Source: Paramecium tetraurelia (taxonomy: Eukaryota). From it: a stretch of DNA of 64,000 bases. The first letter of the stretch is position 1. Each line of letters starts with the position of its first letter. This document shows, in pieces, positions 1 through 14,177 of the stretch. The notes below the pieces were generated by a model. The model worked only from the letters and a program-made list of their open reading frames with translations, made no database searches and was not told the DNA's origin. The DNA lies in contig CT868019.1 in assembly GCA_000165425.1 (NCBI GenBank), positions 310,001-374,000 of the forward strand, written 5' to 3'. The position numbers and the translations under genes are program-made.

Positions 1-2502
1 TATTCCAAAACTTTTATAGTATGTACTACCAGTAGCCATATTATTAATAAACCATGCTCCTCCAAATATTCTTTCAGCATATACCACATCAAATCCATTA
101 GTGTCTGCATTTAATTACAATGAACCTACAACAATGGATTCTGGTTTGATTCCATAATTACGTAATCCAACGATCAAATCAAATGCTGTTGATCCTGTAA
201 AATCTTTAAGCAAAATCATTCTTTGATTACTGTATATATCTGAATAAGTATGTGTTGTGCCAGTTCCTCTGTGACCATACCAAATACAATTATCAATAGA
301 GCATAACTTCTTACTAGTTGTAGATGTTCCTAGATCATCATTCTCTTCTTGCAGTTGCATTGAATCAATCAGAACAGTTTCAACAGATCCGTCCAAAAAT
401 ATACCAACATGTTCATTTGATTATGTAACCTATCCTAGCAATCGTAGAAATGTCGGAATTTTTTCACCCTTATTTTATCCAGTTATCGTACCAGCTCCTG
501 ATCCAGCTGTGATGTAATTCACATATGAGGCAGATAATGTTTTTGAGTCTGTCCCTATGACGTAACCATGAATTAACTATTAACTCACTAGAGTAGCCAT
601 TGATTCTGAAGAACCAGTTGGAGCCTAATAGAATGCTACTATAAAGTCTAACAAAGTATCCGAAGGGTATAAGGATGGATACTTTTATATTTCAGCAATA
701 AAACCAAATCCCTTGCCTCCGTTGAGCAGTTGAGTACATGAGTTATAATTCTTGGAGCATTTCATTGATAAATAAACATCATTGTCATTATATTATTTTA
801 ATGACGAAGTACACTAGGTACATGCACTTGATTATTCTAATGAGACTGTGGCTTCATCATATTTGATGTTTTTTTTATTAAATAGCACTTTCATAAATAA
901 TTCTGGTTATTGTCCTGCACTGCAATAGGAATATGAAGATGAGCACATTTAATTTGGTAATACTTTGAGATAGAAAATGATTCTCTGTGATCCAGTCTTC
1001 AAACCAACGGTTCTTGTGTTGCCAATAGAATATGCTGTTGCAAATGTTGCTGTGCTATCTCCAAAGGCTACAAAATTGTACCCCCAATTGGTTAGACCTT
1101 AGGCAGCAGGATCAATAAATTCCTAACTTGTTTGCACTTTGAGATTTTTACCTGTTGGTCCAGCTAATACGTAGGTTTTATAAGGTTTTGTATCTCTTGT
1201 AACTGATTTTATCGTTACTCTTGCAAAATTAGTTTATGTGGATGTTGCTGTTGAAGTGAATGCACATTTGAATGTCACAAAATAATTGAAATTGTCTTTT
1301 AGAGAAGTAACATGTTTGCAGTAGATTTATTATTCAGTTTTCCTGAAATAGCATTTTACAGCTGAACCTAAATTATGGGCTATTGATGCCTGTAAGACAG
1401 CATCTGCATCTCCTGTGGTAATAGTTATCAGTTGTTCTGAGGCAGGAGTAGGAGAACTAAGTGAGAATTAAACCTTCACACTATTGAATGGATAACCCAC
1501 AGAGCCAGTGGCTGGTTTATACAGAGTTATCAATTGATCATCCATAGGAATGCCCCAAAGTAAAAAAATATCGACAGTTAGTGACAATTTGGTAAGCTTA
1601 ATTTGATCTTTCTTGACACCGTATTCAAGATAGCCATTTCCAACTATGGAGTAGACAGTAATGGGAGTAGATTAAGTAGCACTGAATAATATTTTACTAT
1701 TTTCAATTTTTGTAGTAATAGTTGATGAGAGTTTTTCTTTTGCCAGATCAATACTGCATTGAATACTCATTATATTAGTTGATGCTATTGTACAAGAACA
1801 ACCACTGGAAATTTCACATTCAGTTATTTCATCCATCATCAAAAATTAATAGTTAGAGTCTATTTCAATGATGAATTAAGACTTTTGACCAATAGAAACA
1901 GTTGGTGTAATTGTAATAGTAACAAGTTAAGACAGGCCTATTTTGGCTGGTTCATAGGAGAGATCCAATTTTAAGGATTAAGGGGGCAAGGCTTAGAGTG
2001 CCATTTAAGCGAATGCTGGATTTTCATCATAAACTATAGATTAGGAATGCATAGAGGAGACACTCCAGAATTTAACTGGATTTTTATAACCTGGTGTTTG
2101 AACACTGGGATTGTTTGAGTGGAGGATAATGACATACCAAGTTTTGGGTCTGATAATTTGATTAAAAGTGAAATAATAGGTGTTATCGGTGTTTCCTTGA
2201 CTTTAAGCGTCTGCTAGATCCTCAAAATTAATGGTATTATCTTCTCCCAATTAACCCAGATCCCAGTCTCCAAATTATCCATCAGATGAAGTTGTAATAG
2301 TTTATAGTTTGGCCTGAATGGAACCAATGTTGAGTGGGAAGGGGAATTGAATTTTGAGATACTCGTCTGCATCTAATCCATTCTCAAGAGCAAATTGAAG
2401 TCGAAATTGTAAAGCTTTAGTGGCTATAGGGTTGGTAATGGTGAGACCACCAGAGTAAATGTGTCCGGCTTGGACATAAAAAAGTAGCAAAATAATTATC
2501 AT
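1..2502 (-). CDS. Large secreted/surface protein, partial (3' end lies beyond the left edge of the window)
   Basis: ATG at 2502 gives MIIILLLFYVQAGHIYSGG (signal-peptide-like). Track ORFs 2302..2502 and 115..396 are in the same frame and join when TAA/TAG=Gln. The protein is Ser/Thr-rich with scattered Cys. Confidence 0.8.
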
Positions 2503-2535
2503 TTATAATAATATGCTTCAATTATTGTGAGAGTC

Positions 2536-3309
2536 ATGCAATATATTTAACAACTTGATCTCTCTCGTTACATTCCTGGAGGAGAGGCTCTTAAAACGCC
2601 ATGTAACCAGAATAAGCCGGATAAAGTGAAACTATGGGAATTGGGCAAATTAAGATGCGTATCATACTGTTTCCAGTTCACAGGAAGGATGGCACGCGAA
2701 CAAAGATTCAACATGTTTTGCACCTTCTTCAGATCCAAGTTACATGTACTTCATTCTAAACTAGCCTCTGATATGCATTGTCGTAACTTCATCAAAGAGA
2801 TGCTTGATACTACAATCTCCATATTTCTACTAATTGTCAGATACGAGTGTGGTGACGAACTCTATCAAGAAATGAGGAGGTACTTCAAAATCCTAATTGA
2901 TGCTATCGACTATCTGGTTACTCATGACTCTGTTGAACAAGTGACAGAAATCATCACATCAGAGGACTTCCATAAAATTGTATTCTATCTCAAACTGCTC
3001 AACCTGATGCGGAACATAAAACAACGCAAGAAATTCTTAGAACATTACCCTCATGCTGCTATCAAAGCCATTCAACAAAGTTATCTCTACAATGTCATCA
3101 TAAATGGTCCAGTCAAACACATCAAGTATCGCTTTGCAGTTGCCAACCAAGATTACGCCAAATATGGATTGCAATTCAATATTTAGAGCTTCAATAAAGT
3201 AGTAAACAAATAAAAGGCAGCCGAGATCTGTTGGCAAACCTTGTATGATCTCAACATTGCAGCTGTAATCAAGGAGGGAATATGGGATGATTTAAAATTG
3301 TATTTATGA
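2536..3309 (+). CDS. Hypothetical protein (~257 aa, no intron needed)
   Basis: ATG 2536 (MQYIQQLDLSRYIPGG) is in frame with track ORF 2626..3186 and reads through TAG/TAA to TGA at 3307-3309 (...IWDDLKLYL*). No family recognised. Confidence 0.8.
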
Positions 3310-3319
3310 CATTTATATA

Positions 3320-3633
3320 TCAACAATTACCCACACGATCTCTTGGGATGATCTTCAATTCTGAACCATGTTTCAAAAACACATTGCCCGATGTCTATTG
3401 AAGTGACACTCCTGTCCCTGCATTTGTTATTATGGCACTTGTTGCTGGATTCACTTTAAACTATTCTTTATTATGTGATTCCAATACCTCTTCAGCCACA
3501 TATTTGACAACCGCACTAAATGGAGCTTCCTAAGGCACGCTATTGTCATTAACAATTATAAGTACGATACTGTTCTGAAGGCCAAATTTGGGTCTGAAGT
3601 ATTTACTATCTTGAAAGTCACCTTATTTTACAT
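3320..3633 (-). CDS. UFM1: Ubiquitin-fold modifier 1
   Basis: With two tiny introns (26 nt at ~3540-3565; 27 nt at 3461-3487) it translates to [86 protein letters not shown], the UFM1 signature ending in PRDRVG-xC. Absent from the ORF track. Confidence 0.97.
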
Positions 3634-3646
3634 ATAATTTATATTA

Positions 3647-4401
<755 letters not shown>

Positions 4402-4444
4402 AATTTTATAATAATTAGTTGGTAAAATTATTTTATCATTAATA

Positions 4445-5256
4445 ATGGATACTAAGGCATACTCAGAAATCTCTGAGAAGGCATTGATTACTGAGTTGTA
4501 TAGAAGATATCGTTGTCAAGAGGAAGGATTGAAGAAACGTATTGTATTGCTGGGGATGCCTGGAGCAGGTGAGTATAGAGTTTTATATTTATAGGAAAGG
4601 GTACGCATTCAGCAAAAATGCTGGCCCGTTTTTGTATGTGCCATCTATCGACAGGAGACCTTCTTAGGGAAGAAGTCAGATCTGGCAGTGATTTTGGAAA
4701 GCGTCTCAAGGGGATTATGGATAGAGGGGAGTTAATTGAGGATGAAGTTATGTGTAATTTAATCAAGTACCAGTTAGCCAAGTATTTATTAACTGTTATT
4801 TAGGCCTGCATGTGCAAATGGAGCTATTTTGGATGGCTTCCCAAGAACCATACCTCAAGCTTAGAAATTAGATGAAATTTTAAAATAGAGTGGATAATAG
4901 ATCGATCAAGCTATCTTCATGAACGTCAGAGAAGATACTGTTATCGATCGTTTGGGAGGTAGATGGACCCATCTAGCCTCTGGAAGAACATACAATTACA
5001 AGTTCAATCCTCCAAAATAATACGGAAAAGACGATATTACAGGAGAGGATTTAATACAGAGAGAAGACGACAAAGAGAGCACTATCAGGAACAGATTAAG
5101 AGTGTATTAGAGCAAAACATCTCCAATTGTCGAATATTACAGATAGTATACATTGATATCTATTATTATAGGAGAAGCATTTTGCATGAGATCAATGCAG
5201 AAAGATAAGTGGATTAAATTTGGAGAGAAATCAAGAACATTGTTAAATAGAAATGA
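4445..5256 (+). CDS. Adenylate kinase (AK2-like, long LID without Zn cysteines)
   Basis: P-loop GMPGAGKGT is split by a tiny intron. Also HLSTGDLLR, LDGFPRT and LID RWTHLASGRTYNYKFNPPK...DDITGEDLIQREDD; TGA at 5254-5256. Confidence 0.95.
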
Positions 5257-5371
5257 TTAGTGTATTTTAAATCTTAAATATAATTGAATTAAAGCAAATC
5301 TTATATATTATTTTCTAATAATACGTACTTTCATTTATATTTACTTTGTGTTTAATAAAAATAATATAATA

Positions 5372-8026
5372 ATGCTGATATTATTAATTATTACTGTAAC
5401 AACTGGACGGCTCATTACTAATCTAAATAAGGGATGGAATTTCAGAAGATCTGATAATAGCACTTGGTATCCTGCGAATGTTCCATCCACTGTTCATATG
5501 GATTTAATGGACAATAAACTAATAGACGATCCTTACTTTGGTAATGTGTTTTATTGATAAATGCAGAGGACAATTTGTTGAGTATGTATGAGTTGGAATT
5601 GGAGGAATGGGAATATAAGTTGGAATTCACAAATAAGGAATTCGATTATGACATTAATGAGTTGGTATTTGAAGGAATCGACACTCATGCTGATGTGTAT
5701 CTAAATGATATCCAAGTATATTTATGCGGAGTAATAGGAAGATATTAAAAGCCAATAATCAACACAGAACTTGGAGAGTGATGATCTAAAATTTATAGGC
5801 TTAAAACACCCTTAGAATATACTTTCATTCTGCTGCCAAACACGATCTGATGAAGTAGTTATAAGATAGTCCACTCAACTTACCTTACAATTATACATAT
5901 TCGAGGAAGGCAGCCTATCATTATGGATGGGATTGGGGACCAAGAATTGTAACTTGTGGCATATGGAAAGATGTTTATCTTGATTAATATGATTATGGAA
6001 GAATTGTGAGCATGCATGCCAAAGCACTTAAAATATATGAGAAAAGTGTTGTTATCGAAATTAATATCGAAACTTTCTTAATAAACGTTGGTACTTACAC
6101 TATCGAAGTACAATTCAAGGGATTGGATGAAATTACAATCAACAATCAATACCCTTTAAATGTTGTGAACACCAAATTCTTATATAATATGACGGATATA
6201 TAATTGTGGTGGCCAATTGGATAAGGCGAACAAAAATTGTACTAATTGTAGGCATATTTGATTAAAAATGAATCATATGTCGATTATTTGAAAATTACCA
6301 CAGGCTTTCGAGTTGCACAGTGGATTCAAGAAAAGGATGGAGATAACACTTAGACCTTTAAATTTAGAATCAATGGAAGAGTATATAATCTAAATATTAA
6401 AAAAGGATGTGTATTTGAAAGGTGCCAATTACATACCACCAGAAATGTTTTTACCTCGAGCCTTGAAGAATTCAACAATATATGAGAGAATATTTTAGGA
6501 TTCAATAGATGCTGGTTATAACGGTTTAAGATTTTGGGGGGGAGGATAATTTGAATATGACATCTTTTATGAACTTGCTGATAAATATGGGATCATCATT
6601 TGGCATGATCTTATGTTTGCTTGTGCCATGTATCCAGGAACTGATGATTTTATTGCCAATGTTTAGGCAGAAATAAAAGATAATGTCAAAAGACTAAGAA
6701 TACATCCCTCTATTGTTTTATGGAATGGAAATAACGAGGTAGAAATAGGATGGAGAGAATGGGGTTGGAAGGCGAAGAGAAAGGAATCAGAGATTTAGAT
6801 GCTTCAGATATGGTACAATACATTGTTTTTGTAAGCTATCCCAAATGTTCTTAATGAAATACATCCAGAAATGTAAATTACTTTTATATTCTAGATATTA
6901 TTGGCCTACATCTCCATCTACTTCTGTTAATGATGTAGAGCGTTTAGGATTTGGAGACATTCATTACTGGGGAGTCTGGGCAGCTAAGCATTAAATTGAG
7001 AATTATACTAAATTCATAGGCAGATTCAATAGTGAGTATGGCATGTAAGCCATGATTGATGTCAATAATTTTAAGAAGGCCGTCCCCAAACAGTATGATT
7101 TGAACTTCGATTCCCCAGTGTTTCAGATTCATGAAAGACATGTAAGAGGGATTCCATTAATCAAAGAATACTTAAAAAACTATACTAACTATAATAGTTA
7201 TTCCCATTCCTTTTTACAATTAACCTATTTCTCTTAAATTATCCAACATTTAGCTTTGCAAACTGCCATTACATCCTTAAGATCTGCCAAACCATACAAT
7301 ATGGGTACCTTCTATTGGCAAATTAATGATGTATGGCCGGTGATTTCTTGGGCCTCGGTAGATTACTATGGTTGCTGGAAAGGAGGACATTATGCTGCAA
7401 AGAAGTTCCACTCAGATCCAGCTCTTTCAGCTATTTAAAATGAAGATCAGATCCAAGTCTACTTAATAAATGATAATGCTATTAATTACTCTGGAAATGT
7501 GACTTTAGAGTTGAGACAATATAATGGTTTTATTGTTAAGTCATGGGAATATAAGTTTCAAGAGATCTCTTAAAATGCTTCTAAGAGACTTTTGAATTAT
7601 TATATTCAAAATTACAACTAAACATACAGATCCTTATATTTGTAGATGAAGTAAGTTTTCTATCAAAATAATAGTTTTTATTGTGATCAAAAAAATTGTG
7701 ATTATCGTGGAGTGTACAATTTTGGCAGACCTAAAGAATGGCAGCTCTAAAAACCAGATATTTCTTATACTTTAAAAGGTAATACAATTACTTTTATATC
7801 TAAATCATTGGCTAAATATGTTTATATATATAGTAATTCGGAATGCATCAATCTCTCCGACAATTTCTTTGATTTATCCCCTGATGTTCCTTATATGGTA
7901 ATTATGAAGGAATCCAAAAAGTTTAGTTTCTTCAGTTATTATGATATATTGGTTACTGCAATCAATAATGAGCTTCTGTTATTGAATGAAGGAATGGCAG
8001 CACTTATTTTGTATATGATTTTATGA
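5372..8026 (+). CDS. Beta-mannosidase, glycoside hydrolase family 2, with signal peptide
   Basis: Motifs VPSTVHMDL, FEGIDTHADVYLND, RKAAYHYGWDWGP, GANYIPP, IWGGG, HPSIVLWNGNNE (acid/base), SEYGMQ (nucleophile) and YWQINDVWP. Several tiny introns; hydrophobic C-terminus. Confidence 0.95.
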
Positions 8027-8217
8027 TTAACATTAGATCTGAAAGTGATTGAGACATTCTTTTATATTAAATAAATAAAAATGATTGATATCTTAATTAA
8101 TTGTTTTTTAACTTTTCATTTGATTGTTTTTCTAAGTAAATCTTCTAATTCTTACAACGGATGTCCAAAGATTCTTTTATTAAATTATTTTATCTAAAAC
8201 TTATTTTATTCTTAATA

Positions 8218-9011
8218 ATGGATTCTCTCAATAGTAAGGATGATAAGTGTACAACCATGACTGACAGTGCTTAAATGAAATCATTTATCTTAAATAAAAA
8301 TATCAATATCAAAGAAAAGTCTAAATTTGTGAAGATTACTCCTCAAAATATACTTAAAATCTCATCAATGCATCAACTTAAAAAATAATTAACGCTGACT
8401 TTGCCAACTGATAGATCAAGTAATTTGTCAAGGGAGAACGAATAATTTAATGATAAGTTTTTGGTAGAGAATATAGAAAAAAAATAGTAATAACTTAAGA
8501 ATAAGACCTCTCGATTTAAAAATCTTTTAAATGGGAGAAGAATTAAAACATCAGGAGATCACTTTTAGGATTATAAAGAAGAATATAAAAAGGTTGTGGA
8601 AACTGGTTATAATGAAATAGAAGAGAATTTCCAATTGTAAATTATTATAAATATGTATATGTTAGTTGCTAAGCTTCCTTGCATGAATAAAGATAGAATT
8701 TAATGAATGCAGAAATAGAGTTGCAAGAAAACCAAAAAGAACTAGAGTTACTTTAAGATCAAATTAGTACCTTAAAAGAAGCAATTTTTTTAACTTAAGG
8801 TTAAAGTAAAAAGTCATTAAATGACATTTTGTTTAGAAACCGGTTGAGATAAAACAAGGAAAGAAAATTGACTTAAGAACTATTAGAATTTGTCAATCAT
8901 CTTTCTATTTAATATGATTATCACATTTCTTCTTTGAAAGAATATTTATAAAGTTTCAAAACAGAATTAAGTGAAATATTAATTGAAAATGAATACACAG
9001 AGAAATCTTGA
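8218..9011 (+). CDS. Hypothetical protein with coiled-coil C-terminal half
   Basis: MDSLNSKDDKCTT... is open in the ciliate code with one 29-nt intron (~8637-8665) to TGA at 9009-9011. An in-frame upstream ATG at 8161 is an alternative start. Confidence 0.65.
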
Positions 9012-9203
9012 TTTATTTGAAATCTTTATTTTTTCAATGATTAAAATAAGATTTATATAGTAGTGACTATTGCTTCAATCTCTATTTCATATAATTTTTT
9101 TCAGTATCACCAAATGCTAAGCTTCTTCATATAACCAATATATTAATTTGGTTTAAAAAATTACAATAACTTAGAATAGAATACAATTATAATTTCTATA
9201 TGA

Positions 9204-12200
9204 TCAAGCAACGAATTATTAGACTTCGTCATCATTAGTATACTAGGCTACAACTACAGAACTTTTAGATTTCTTTAATTTTTGAAGACTCCTCTTGGCA
9301 TTTTGTTGAATTAAAACAGCAGCCATATATTGACCACTATCAAATTCAGTTTCTAAATTAGAAACAGGAGAAAAGGCTTTTTCAATCAATGGCTGAAGTT
9401 TCATCTTAATAATGTCTTTGGAGATTTCAAAACTAAAAATTAAATTAATTTTTACTTCGATATAAATCCACTTGATTCTAAGAAATCTTGAGCTGCACAA
9501 ATTAGTGCTTGATGGTAAAAATACATATTCTTGCCATTCAAATTATATACAGGTAAGTTCAATTAAGCCATGCGAATTCTCTATTGGGCTGCTGAATATT
9601 TCAATTTGGACCACTAAAATATAAAAGAACACAATTACTCCTAAAGGTTGTGGTAATGCAATCATAAATTATGTGAAATATTTACATTGCATAAAACCAG
9701 TAGCATTCTTGTCATAATCCTTCCACTATTGTTGAAAGTTCTCTACATCTAGCTTTTTAATAGGAGCATTTTCCTCCTTGCTTGTATTTTAAAATCCCTA
9801 TTAATTAATAATTAAGAAGACTTACTTCTATAATGATAGCAACAAATAAGTTCAACATAATCAAAGAAACTATGATCATAAATATAATCATTAATAATAT
9901 TCCCCCAACATTTCCACATCCCATAAAGCCATATTCAGCATAATTAGCATAATCATTAAAATCAAAACAAATATCATTTGGCTATGCAGTTCTAGCCGTA
10001 TCCATCATTACTAAATTCCAATCTTCTCCAGTCGAACATTTAAATAATGTAAATAAACTAACTCCAAAAGAACTGAAATTAGAATTACCTGTAACTCCTT
10101 CACCTCTTTTTACATAGGGGAATAAATTCATAAAAACAACAGCGAATATAAATAACATTATTCCTAACAGACCACCAACACTCACCAATCCAGGTAAGGT
10201 TACCAAGAATGTGCCAAATATAATTCTTAAATTCTTAGCACTCTTTATAAGTCTTAACACTCTGAAAATTCTGAATGTTCTTAAAATAGATGTGGCTGTA
10301 CCAACATTACTCAAGACATTACTCTACTCCAATATTACACCTAGAATTGTGAGAAGCACAACTGTGAAATCGAAAACATTCCAACCTGATGTGAAATAAA
10401 ACTTTCTATAAACTATTAACTTCAGTATTGCCTCTATTGAAAAAATAGCCAAAAATATCCAATTCAAAATTTAAATCGCATCTGTTAATTCTTAGGGAGA
10501 TCTTAAATATTAGATCATCATAACGCAAGTGTTCAAAATTATAACACTCAAAATAAATATCTCAAATTTATCAGAAGATATAATATCATTGAGTTATCTA
10601 ACAGTCTTGTGTTTTGAGATTTTGAATTTCTCGATTGGAACACTTGAATAAATCTTTTGTTGTATTTCATACCATTCTAATTCCTATTTACTTAAATCCC
10701 TCATCTAGCTTAACCTGTCTTTTTCACTTTAAAAAGCTTCAACTATAACTCCTGCAAATAAATTGATTATAAAAAAGGAACCAACAATTATAAAAAATAC
10801 AAAATATAATGCCCATGCATATGCATTATTTTCCTATGGATTAAGATCAATGCCTCTGCTATCAATTCCATCAGACATTAAATTAATCCATCCTTCAGTT
10901 GTTGATATTACAAATAGAGTAATCATGGCATTCAACACATTATCGAAATTGAAATTTTTATTTGACCAAGATCCCCCTTTATCAAAACATTCTAATTTAT
11001 CATTTACATCCTCTACATCACAATGGTAATAAGCCCCTTTAAATTAAGTTACTCCAAATATCCCAAACAATAAAAAGAAAATCAGACAAACCAAAGCAAT
11101 ATTCATCATCTAAGATAAACTGTTGAATAAAGCATTGATAGACATTTTTAAATCCTCATTTCTAACTATCAATCTCAGAGGTCTTAGTACTCTAATGACT
11201 CTTAAAATTTTGATCTTTGAAAATGTTTATGCTTGACTTTCATCAAAGGCTAAGGATGAAAAAATGATAACAACAAGATCTAAAATATTCCCTGGGGATC
11301 TAATATAACTATCTGGTCCATTTAATATGAATCCCTTGCTTATTATTTTTAGTGCAGCTTCACAAATGAACAAGGCTGTAATTATTTCGTCAATTACATT
11401 CAAAGTTATATTATTAGATGACGAGAGTGGATCATCCAATGCCAATAAAATACTTGAGATTATGATAATAGTTAAAATAAAGAATTCAAAATACTTATGA
11501 TTTATTAATTTGCTAACTCTAATTCTAATTTTATTTTAAGGTGGAAATATAAACAAGGATACTCCTTCCAGCTAAGACTAATTTATGGTGCTATTAAAAA
11601 CTATTGCCGATGCCATGAATTATGATGATATATTCTTAAATCTTGTAGCCGAATTGTTGTTTGTTTATTGGTTAGATGCAGATTTAATCACTTAAAAGGA
11701 TTATTACACCTACTCTGGTGACACTTGATTTACTTTAATACTTTAATGATTTTCTGCCATTGATTAATCATGTCTACTTGATTGAAGATTATTGTTTTCT
11801 TCTATAGATTAACTCTATTCTACATTGGCCTCATGAAAATTATTAATCAAAATAGCAATGAATAGCTTCAATAGAATGAAGTTTCCAAATATAATTACTA
11901 CCACAAAATAAATGACTGGATATATTGATTCTAAGTCATACATAAAAGTATAGGCAATCGTATTCCAAGACTCATTAGTCAGCAACATAAATACTACCAA
12001 CATTGAAGACAAATAATTATTAAAGTTGTATCTGTATGGTGTTTTGTATGCAAATAATTCCATCCCCAAAAGAGCTGCAACAGACATAAATAACAATAAT
12101 AGAATAATAAAATAAGCAATGCCACCTACTGTTGCTGCAATAGCAGATAATAATTTTCTAAAACTGCTCCATGTACGTGCTAATTTAAATAATCTAAATA

Positions 12201-14108
12201 ATCTTAATGTTCTAAATGCCTAGATAGCTGAGAAACTACCTCCACTTGAATTATTGCCTGCACTACTAAGTATCCATTCAATCAATGATAGAATGACTAT
12301 TACAGCATCAAAGATATTCATTGAATCCTTTAAATAATTAGTATCGAATGCTATTAGTTTCAAAGTCATTTCAATTGTGAAAATTACTGTGAATACTTAG
12401 TTTGCTATATCCAAAATATCACTTTCAGTTTTAGTAATAGGATATCTGTCTAAAGACAAAGTAATTGTATTTAAAATGATAATGGAAGTTATAAAGGCCA
12501 AAAAATACTTATTTTCTATGATGACAATTAAAATTAATTGAAATTACCTAAACTTAGATTATTTTAATTTGAAACTTCTTTTCTTTGATTATCTGCGTGA
12601 CTATTAAATTTGTTCAAGAGTGTTGCTCTTGGAAATTTACTATTACAATTATTGTTCACCATTGTTTTAATTATCTGGAATTTTAATTTGATTTAATTCA
12701 TTCAAATTTTATGGTATTTCTTCGTTTATTTATTATTCATGCTCTTATTGTTGATTTTACGTCTAATTTCCATTTACAATATTGCCGGTCAATGCAATTG
12801 GATCCTATTATTGTTCTCCTTCTCCTTCTTCTGCATTCTATTCCAACTCTTCCTCTTCATTATCCTCTTATTGTTGGGATGAAGCTGATGCCTATGAATT
12901 CTTAATACTCGACCTCATTTAAGCAGCCATAAAACTATCATTGATGACAGCCAAAATTAAATTAACTACAAAGAAGGATCCCAAAAAAATTAGCAATAAG
13001 AAATAAATGTAAACTATGGCTGTTGATAATGCTTCTTAGTAAATAAAAATTAACTTGGTCCAACCTTCTGTTGTTAAAGCTTAAAATATAGTGAAAGTAG
13101 CTGAAATAATATTATTGAAATTTGTATAGCCATAATTAAAGGTTTCATCATCTGATTCCTACTATGGTAGATTATAAGTATTTGGATTCCCACAATATGT
13201 TCCATCAGGACAATTTGAGGAATCCTAGCATAATTTCGTGTAGTTTGAGGCTACCCATTCATTTCCCACAGGATGTTCTGTCATTCTACATCTGTTTTCT
13301 AATGCACCCATAAATATTTGCAATCCTAATATTCCAAAAAGGATTATGATAAATAGTAAAAAAATAACAACATTACCCAAAGCAGGCAAAGAATCCAATA
13401 ATGTTATTATTAGAACTTTCATCTGCTTCAATGAGTTTATCGATCTTAGTGGTCTCATTATTCTAATGATTCGAATTGCTGATACTCTGGCAGAAATGAA
13501 AAGTGATATGATTCCTGTTATTACTACAATAAAATCTATAAAGTTCCACCCATCTCTTAAGTACGTTTATTTGTCTAGTAAAAACCCCATGGCTATCATT
13601 TTCAAAAGGAACTCTATTATGAATATTGCTGTAAATATGTATTCGAAACTGTCTGTCCAACTATTTGGTGCTTCTGAATCTGTCTCTCTCCAGCTGTAGT
13701 CTTATGTTGCCAATAAAATCGAATTCAAAAAGATGACGGTGATGATGAACCTATCAAACCAGCTAATATGAAATTTAACTTATAATTACATCCACTCAAT
13801 CATCCAAATTGCCCATAACCTAATTTTGTTCTCAGCATCGAATAAATTCAATGACTTTCTTGTATACTAAAGATAATAACCATCTACATACTGACAATAG
13901 TTTCCCATGCACACTAAATTCTACTAAATCGCCAGGATCATCCTTGCTTTGTCCAATCACCTAATTTTTATATGATCAACTTTTTACATGATTCACTAAA
14001 CTTGATAGGTGAATGAGTCTCTTTTAGTTCTATTAAGGCTAGCTCTGCGTTGCGGCTTCATTTTGAACTTCTAGTTATGCTGAAATGTATTATACCTTAA
14101 TCACTCAT
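9204..14108 (-). CDS. Voltage-gated calcium channel alpha1 subunit (4x6TM, EEEE selectivity filter)
   Basis: Four S4 segments (e.g. [25 protein letters not shown]). Pore loops LTTEGW (DI), LTNESW (DII), STTEGW (DIII), STGEDW (DIV). C-terminal IQ-like [11 protein letters not shown]. Start inferred through tiny introns at the 5' end. Confidence 0.93.
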
Positions 14109-14177
14109 AATTTTATAATAAATGCTTGCAACTATTTATAATAGAACTCAACTAAAATTTTATAAACCAAATCAAAA

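Noticed and set aside
2513..2530. ATG only 10 nt from the first gene's start
   Set aside because: It hits TGA after five codons; the real start is taken as 2536.
4488..4781. Short track ORFs antisense or off-frame to real genes (also 3037..3237, 10211..10399, 13346..13699, 20363..20590, 30342..30611, 58741..58980)
   Set aside because: Artefacts of the standard-code ORF scan overlapping well-supported genes.
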